From Cyanidioschyzon merolae (Eukaryota): a stretch of DNA of 64,000 nt. Numbering within the stretch: the first letter of the stretch is position 1; each line of letters begins with the position of its first letter. The notes below the pieces were generated by a model, which was not told where the DNA came from, did no database searches, and saw only the letters and a list, made by a program, of their open reading frames with translations. Shown here in pieces: positions 63,502-64,000 of this stretch. A program made the translations under genes and the position numbers. The DNA is taken from NCBI GenBank assembly GCA_000091205.1, contig AP006502.2. One strand, written 5' to 3'.

Positions 63502-64000
63502 CTCTGATGAAGCCTATTGGTTGGGGGTTTTCGCACCTGGACCTATGCAAGCTTTTGTAACTTTCGCTTTTATGGGCGTAGACGTGGAGCATAGGTAGTT
63601 CTATAAACGGTAAGATTGGTTACCTTTAGTGTTCTTGGCGAGTTTTCGCTCGTAGCGTTCGTTACCCGCTCAGAGGGGGAGCGCGTGGTGATGTATGGTA
63701 GGATGCGGGCTCTTCGTTCCTTGAGCGTTTCTCGTGGAGTTCGAATCGTGCAGTTACGACTGTAAACAAGCAGAGGAGAAGCCCGTAAGCTCAACTGTTC
63801 AATTGCTTGTGGGGCACTCTGTTCCATTGATGCGCGATGCGGCACGCTCATAGTCGAAGTACTTGATGCTTGCGCTGGTCAGCAGCAGCAGCAGCAGCAA
63901 TAGCACCAGTGTCCAGATTGAAGTAGCGGCATCCAACTTGCAGAGCAGATCCCGCGGGCTACTGCTGCCGCGAACAAGAAGGCTCCCAACGGGCGTCCCT

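Overview
This 64-kb window is GC-rich (roughly 55-60%) eukaryotic nuclear DNA. It contains no prokaryotic operons, CRISPR arrays or defence islands. Most genes are single, long, uninterrupted ORFs, about one per 3.5 kb, so the genome looks compact and intron-poor. I found one well-supported GT-AG intron. Clearly recognisable genes include RbAp48/MSI1 (RBBP4) WD40 histone chaperone, a RAD17/Rad24-type checkpoint clamp-loader, tyrosine aminotransferase, EBP sterol delta8-delta7 isomerase, an AMT ammonium transporter, and a GT31 fringe-like glycosyltransferase. A second group are nuclear genes for bacterial-type organelle gene-expression factors: ribosomal protein bL17, tRNase Z, 16S rRNA 2'-O-methyltransferase RsmI, an HCF107/Mbb1-like HAT/TPR protein, and an HCF173-like SDR with an embedded CIA30 domain. 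Together these point to a photosynthetic protist or alga. The gene density, intron scarcity and GC content resemble a cyanidiophyte-type red alga or similar compact algal genome, but that is inference only. Several large ORFs encode low-complexity orphan proteins. Notable non-genic structure: (a) a 1.35-kb dispersed repeat in two ~99%-identical copies; (b) an older ~1-kb repeat family in two ~70-75%-identical copies, each upstream of a plus-strand gene; (c) an 84-bp minisatellite abutting repeat copy 2 and a 70-bp tandem repeat inside a bidirectional promoter; (d) (GTGC)n, (GCT)n and (GAT)n microsatellites; (e) two long ORF-poor intervals (14.65-18.36 kb and 49.2-56.7 kb). ORF starts in the supplied track sometimes use non-ATG codons, so several true start codons are probably internal methionines, as noted per feature.
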